Shown here: in pieces, positions 59,898-64,000 of the stretch
Layout of the letters: the number at the start of each line of letters is the position of its first letter
Numbering within the stretch: position 1 is the first letter of the stretch
Source of the DNA: an uncultured Verrucomicrobiales bacterium
GTDB taxonomy: Bacteria; Verrucomicrobiota; Verrucomicrobiia; Verrucomicrobiales; DEV007
DNA length: 64,000 bases
Direction: 5' to 3'
NCBI GenBank assembly: GCA_938091905.1
Contig: CALKOM010000046.1
Span: forward strand, 20,726-84,725
Notes under the pieces: generated by a model
The model's input: only the letters and a program-made list of their open reading frames with translations
Database searches by the model: none
Told to the model about the DNA's origin: nothing
Program-made: the position numbers and the translations under genes

Positions 59898-61178
59898 TTA
59901 GTAGAGGTTCCAACCGAGAAGGAGTTGTGTCACGTGGAAACAGGCCGCAGCAAGAGTAGCCCAACTTGCCCATCCGAGGATCTGAATAAGCTTGGGAGCG
60001 CTGTATTCCCAAACGCGTTCGTTTCTTGGTACGAGCACGACTCCAAGCACCGCTCCGATAAGAAAACCGCCACCATGTGCTGCGTTGTCGATGAAGCCTG
60101 CGCCGAGAGTACCAAAGATGGTCATGATGAAGATGGCCTGGAGGAGGCTCACTTTATAACGTTGTGGAATGCTGGCTTTGTGAAGAACGAGGATGACGGC
60201 GAGGAATCCGAGGATGCCCATGACACCTCCAGAAGCGCCGACAGAAGGGCGGCCTCCACTCAGATAGAGACTGGCGACGGATCCCCCGACGATGCTAGCC
60301 AGGAAGACTAGTCCTAGCATTGCGCTGCCGACCATGGCGACAGTGACCCGGCCGAGAAAGTAGAAGGCAGATCCATTGAAGAAGATGTGAAGGATAGAGC
60401 CATGCATGACACCGGCGGTGATGAGCCGCCACCATTCGCCCGCCATGACGCGGGGTTTTACAAGCGCAGCTTTCATGACTGAATTCCAGATGCTTTGACC
60501 GCCGCCAATGAGCGTATCGATGATCTGATTGATCGCAAAGCTCTGACCACCGCTAAACGCTTGAAGAAGATAGACTGCGGCAAGAAGGATGAGGGTGACC
60601 TTGATGGCTACGTGTGAGAAAGTGCCTAACCAACGATCAAAGAGAATGAGGTCGACCGTACGCCTCTTGTTTCGATCAGGTGCGCGATCACGCCAGTTTT
60701 CCCACCAGTGTACGGCTTCGCTACACAACGGCATGATGCCAAACATCATGAGCGCTAGCAGAATGAGCATCTTGGCTTGGGGACCATGAATGGGGAGTTG
60801 TCGAGGTGGGGAGATGAAGAACCAGGCTAACAAAAGAGTTAGTCCCAGTGCTTTCCAAAGGCCATCGGTTCTCGGTTTCTGGTCACCGCGCTCGCGAGGC
60901 TCTGGCATTAGATAGACGGGAAACCAGCGGTCATAGGCTGGAACCGCGACGGAGACATCGAGGTCATTTGCTCGAGCGCGCACTTCTTTTTCAAAGGTTT
61001 CGACCTCATTTTTATCGAAGCTGGCAACCTTGCCAGAACCATCGCGGATGGCGAGATAGGTATCATTAGGTTTCAAGGGAAGCAGCGAACGAGATCGCCA
61101 CGGTTTCGATTCGTCGACATAAGGCCCAAACCACAAGGAGCCGCGTGAAGGAGGGGGTGCAGGAGGAGAGGATTCCAT
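59898..61178 (-). CDS. Rhomboid family intramembrane serine protease with an N-terminal extension
   Basis: EWWRLIT, HGSILHIFFN, VGASGG, DNAAHGGG. Confidence 0.92.
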   Translation of the reverse strand: MESSPPAPPPSRGSLWFGPYVDESKPWRSRSLLPLKPNDTYLAIRDGSGKVASFDKNEVETFEKEVRARANDLDVSVAVPAYDRWFPVYLMPEPRERGDQKPRTDGLWKALGLTLLLAWFFISPPRQLPIHGPQAKMLILLALMMFGIMPLCSEAVHWWENWRDRAPDRNKRRTVDLILFDRWLGTFSHVAIKVTLILLAAVYLLQAFSGGQSFAINQIIDTLIGGGQSIWNSVMKAALVKPRVMAGEWWRLITAGVMHGSILHIFFNGSAFYFLGRVTVAMVGSAMLGLVFLASIVGGSVASLYLSGGRPSVGASGGVMGILGFLAVILVLHKASIPQRYKVSLLQAIFIMTIFGTLGAGFIDNAAHGGGFLIGAVLGVVLVPRNERVWEYSAPKLIQILGWASWATLAAACFHVTQLLLGWNLY

Positions 61179-61251
61179 GCCAAGATGCTAGCCGATAACT
61201 CTGAAGCGGGAAAGGATTGTCATTCGCTCAATGATTGGTTGTGATGGACTT

Positions 61252-62172
61252 ATGAAAGCCCCCTATCTCCTCGTTACCTCCTGTCTTGTCTTTTATTTAG
61301 CCTCATGTGATCTGGGTGTGGAACCGGATCCGGTCGAGGAAGAAGAGGTGGTGCAAAGAGAGCTAACGCCAGAGCAGCGTCGGAAGAAGGAAGGAGCAAA
61401 TCTTTTCGCTCCGGAGCTGGCGCTTCCTTCTGGAACAAAGCTGACACAGTCTCGTTCTGTGACGATGGAACACCTTGGCGTGAACATCTCTCAGGGAGGC
61501 AAGACGGTAGCGACTGGGGCGGCTGACATCGCTTACGAGGAGGCCCGTGAGACGGAGATGGTGTCTAAATCGATCGCAAAGTTTATCATGGGCGACGCGG
61601 GTATGAAGATGAAGCTTACTCTTCGAGATCAACCTCCGAACGAGACGGTCGAGCCCTATCCATTAGAGGGCCAGACGATTGTTAAAGATGGTGATCAGGT
61701 CTCGATGGAGGACGTGCCGAACGACGATCAGAAAGAAGCGATGAACAGTTTCCGGGCAGCATGGTTTGGAGGCAATGCTCTCTTTGTGGATGCCATGATC
61801 AAAAGACGGGGTTCCTGGGATGTGGCCCCGGAGACCGTGTTAGAAGCGATCTTTTCTGAAACGTTTACGAGTGGTTCTGGCGATGTGAAACTTAGCGTTC
61901 AGAAATTCTTCTCTTTTGAAGGAGTGGAGAGTGCCGAAGTGACCGTGTCATTGAACCGTTGCCGCGCCACGATGGTCGATAGCAAAGGCCAGGAAGTCGA
62001 AGTGGAGTTGCAAGCCTACGGCACGCTCTACCGTTCACTCGATCCACCCCACACGACTCGCGTGGATATTGATGGAAAGGTTCAAATGAAAATGGTGCAA
62101 GGCGACTCCGAGCTCCAATTCAACGGTCCGTTCGAGTGCCAGGCGAAGAGCGATGTGGTCTTGCCTAAGTAG
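61252..62172 (+). CDS. Hypothetical lipoprotein
   Basis: Lipobox LASC; beta-rich mature region. Confidence 0.75.
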   Translation: MKAPYLLVTSCLVFYLASCDLGVEPDPVEEEEVVQRELTPEQRRKKEGANLFAPELALPSGTKLTQSRSVTMEHLGVNISQGGKTVATGAADIAYEEARETEMVSKSIAKFIMGDAGMKMKLTLRDQPPNETVEPYPLEGQTIVKDGDQVSMEDVPNDDQKEAMNSFRAAWFGGNALFVDAMIKRRGSWDVAPETVLEAIFSETFTSGSGDVKLSVQKFFSFEGVESAEVTVSLNRCRATMVDSKGQEVEVELQAYGTLYRSLDPPHTTRVDIDGKVQMKMVQGDSELQFNGPFECQAKSDVVLPK

Positions 62173-63039
62173 ATGGGCTTTACTCGTCGCCAGTTTCTAT
62201 CGGCAGGCGCTCTTGCTGGCCTGTCATTAGCGCAGAATGAGGCGTCCAGGCCGTCAATCTTCTGTGCGTTCGTGAAGTTTGTTCAGGATTTGCCAGATAG
62301 GGAGATGGCGCGTGAGCTTGCCCGATTAGGATATTTAGGGATCGAAGCGACGATTCGCAGAAAGGGTCAGGTGGAGCCGACCGAGGTGGAAGACGGTTTG
62401 CCAAAGCTAGTTGAGGCCCTGCAGGCCGAGGAATTGGAGATCACGATCATGGCTTCGGACGTCAATCGTGCGGATGATCTGGTCATGGAGAAGACGCTTC
62501 GTGTGGCGGCTGCGCTTGGCGTGAAACGCTACCGGATGGCATACTATCGCTATGATCTCGCCAAACCGCTCAGGACTCAGTTGGACAACCTTCGACCTCA
62601 GGTGCGAGAATTGGCTGCACTGAACAAGGAACTTGGAATGCAGGCTCTCTATCAGAACCATGCGGGAGCTGCCTACGTTGGGGCTTCACTGTGGGATCTG
62701 GATGCACTTCTCGATGACATTGATCCAGCACAGATTGCGGTGGGATTCGATGTGCGCCACGCGACGGTGGAAGGTGGTACGACCTGGAAGACTTCGTGGC
62801 ATCTAGTGCAGCCACGGCTAGGAGCGGTCTATGTGAAGGACTTTGCCTGGAAGGATCGAAAGCCGTCCAATGTTCCGTTGGGAGAGGGGCAGGTTGATCC
62901 AAGATTTTTTACCCTGGCAAAGAAACGCGCTGATGTGCCCTTCACAATTCACGTCGAGTATTTGGGGAAAGCAGGCACGCCCGAGAACATGGCTGCTCTC
63001 GGGCGTGATCTAGGAACGGCGAAACGACTTCTTCGCTAA
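62173..63039 (+). CDS. Sugar phosphate isomerase/epimerase (xylose-isomerase-like TIM barrel) with a Tat signal
   Basis: TRRQFL; YQNHAG; FDVRHA; YVKDF; PLGEGQVD; IHVEY. Confidence 0.85.
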   Translation: MGFTRRQFLSAGALAGLSLAQNEASRPSIFCAFVKFVQDLPDREMARELARLGYLGIEATIRRKGQVEPTEVEDGLPKLVEALQAEELEITIMASDVNRADDLVMEKTLRVAAALGVKRYRMAYYRYDLAKPLRTQLDNLRPQVRELAALNKELGMQALYQNHAGAAYVGASLWDLDALLDDIDPAQIAVGFDVRHATVEGGTTWKTSWHLVQPRLGAVYVKDFAWKDRKPSNVPLGEGQVDPRFFTLAKKRADVPFTIHVEYLGKAGTPENMAALGRDLGTAKRLLR

Positions 63040-63501
63040 TCAATCTAGATTCGCTGGGCGGACAGTCAGTCTCACAAAGACGGGCTCATTGCTCATGGGT
63101 ACCTTGGCGGCGCGGACTTCAATCGAACCTTTGGCCTTGAGGGTCTCACTATCGACTCTGCTCCAGGTGCGCAGGTCTCGGGACATCTCGACTTGGTAGC
63201 GGATGTCGGACTTGGAGGTGTTCGCTGAGTAGGTATGGGTGATCCCGGTCGCGTCGACCTTCGAACTCATGGGGAGCCGATTGCTGGGAAACAGGGGGTC
63301 CGTATCAAGGGCGTATTCCATGAGATTGGAAAGGCCATCTTGATCGGGGTCGGCATCCTGGTTGAGGCGTTCTGGGTTCGAGGGTTCATCTTCGAACTCC
63401 TCGGCGATCCAATGGGCGAAGCCTTGGGTTAGTTGGGTGGTCTCTTTCCCGATTGCTAGAATTGGAACGAGAACTGCGGCGGCGATAGTGAGAAGTTTCA
63501 T
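63040..63501 (-). CDS. Small secreted protein consisting only of a PVC-type C-terminal surface domain
   Basis: Signal peptide; FAHW...DADPDQDGLSNLMEYALDTDP; YQVEMSRDLRTW; FVRL. Confidence 0.75.
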   Translation of the reverse strand: MKLLTIAAAVLVPILAIGKETTQLTQGFAHWIAEEFEDEPSNPERLNQDADPDQDGLSNLMEYALDTDPLFPSNRLPMSSKVDATGITHTYSANTSKSDIRYQVEMSRDLRTWSRVDSETLKAKGSIEVRAAKVPMSNEPVFVRLTVRPANLD

Positions 63502-63513
63502 CGTGAATGCGTG

Positions 63514-64000
63514 TTATGAGGTTCTGCGTGCTTGTTGTTGAAGCGCGTGGAGGACGTCTGCGGGAAGAGGTTCGGTTAGGAGCTGGCTGCGATACGGATC
63601 CGTAGATGGATGGTCTATCCGGACGAGCATCTGAAGGAGGGAAGCGCGGAGTGAGGCGTCTCCCGTGCCCACATGGGCGATGGTATCCACGAGGCGCTGA
63701 AGCGCGGCTGGATTGTTGATCTTGGCCAGACCATGCGCGGCGGCTTCGATCAGTCCGGGCTCAGGCGCTGATGTGGCGATCGAACCTAACATGCGTGCGG
63801 CCTCTGGGCTGTTGATCTGAGATAGCGTTTGAGTGACTGCTCGGAGCTGTCCCGGAAAGACGGCCTGACCACGATAGAGGCTGACGAGAAACTCCACACT
63901 TTCTGGTGTAGCCATGCGACCGGCGGCTTCGATAACTTGTTGAAGGACGGTGGGGTCTTTCGTCGCAGCGTTGGCCGAGAGAAGGGTTTCGAGTCCGTCC
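63514..64000 (-). CDS. HEAT-repeat-like helical protein (5' end outside the window)
   Basis: The frame stays open upstream of 63915 to the window edge; repeats such as AAAHGLAKINNPAALQRL. Confidence 0.65.
   Translation of the reverse strand, partial: DGLETLLSANAATKDPTVLQQVIEAAGRMATPESVEFLVSLYRGQAVFPGQLRAVTQTLSQINSPEAARMLGSIATSAPEPGLIEAAAHGLAKINNPAALQRLVDTIAHVGTGDASLRASLLQMLVRIDHPSTDPYRSQLLTEPLPADVLHALQQQARRTS

Overview
Bacterial chromosomal window, most likely Verrucomicrobiota (PVC superphylum). This is inferred from PVC-type protein families: DUF1552/DUF1592 cytochrome-c modules, DUF1080, a PVC-type dehydrogenase, a CotH/LTD surface protein, a sulfatase and PPi-type PEPCK. Housekeeping genes include thiD (partial), apaG, argA, holB, tmk, fabI, proC, trxB and a RecQ helicase. 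Highlights: (1) an ORF missing from the supplied track (58242-58571) encodes a secreted heavy-metal-associated (HMA/MerP-like) protein. An in-frame TGA sits at the first Cys of the metal motif (GVT-U-AG-C) and is followed by a bacterial SECIS-like hairpin, so it is a probable selenoprotein; a His-rich mini-lipoprotein follows. (2) A tightly coupled 8-gene operon (57064-48381, minus) joins two PQQ-like beta-propeller proteins, a Cys-motif membrane-anchored protein, a ubiquitin-like MoaD/ThiS + HesA/MoeB pair and a Mo/W-type ABC transporter with a double-domain ModA; this is a candidate uncharacterised extracytoplasmic metallo-system. (3) There are five decayed genes: an RNase Z-like gene, an AlkA with a perfect 30-bp palindrome at its frameshift, an alpha/beta hydrolase with a 16x7-bp tandem repeat, an ECF sigma remnant and a retron-like reverse transcriptase. 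No rRNA, tRNA, convincing CRISPR array or transposase was seen. All calls come from motif recognition by eye; no database searches were run.
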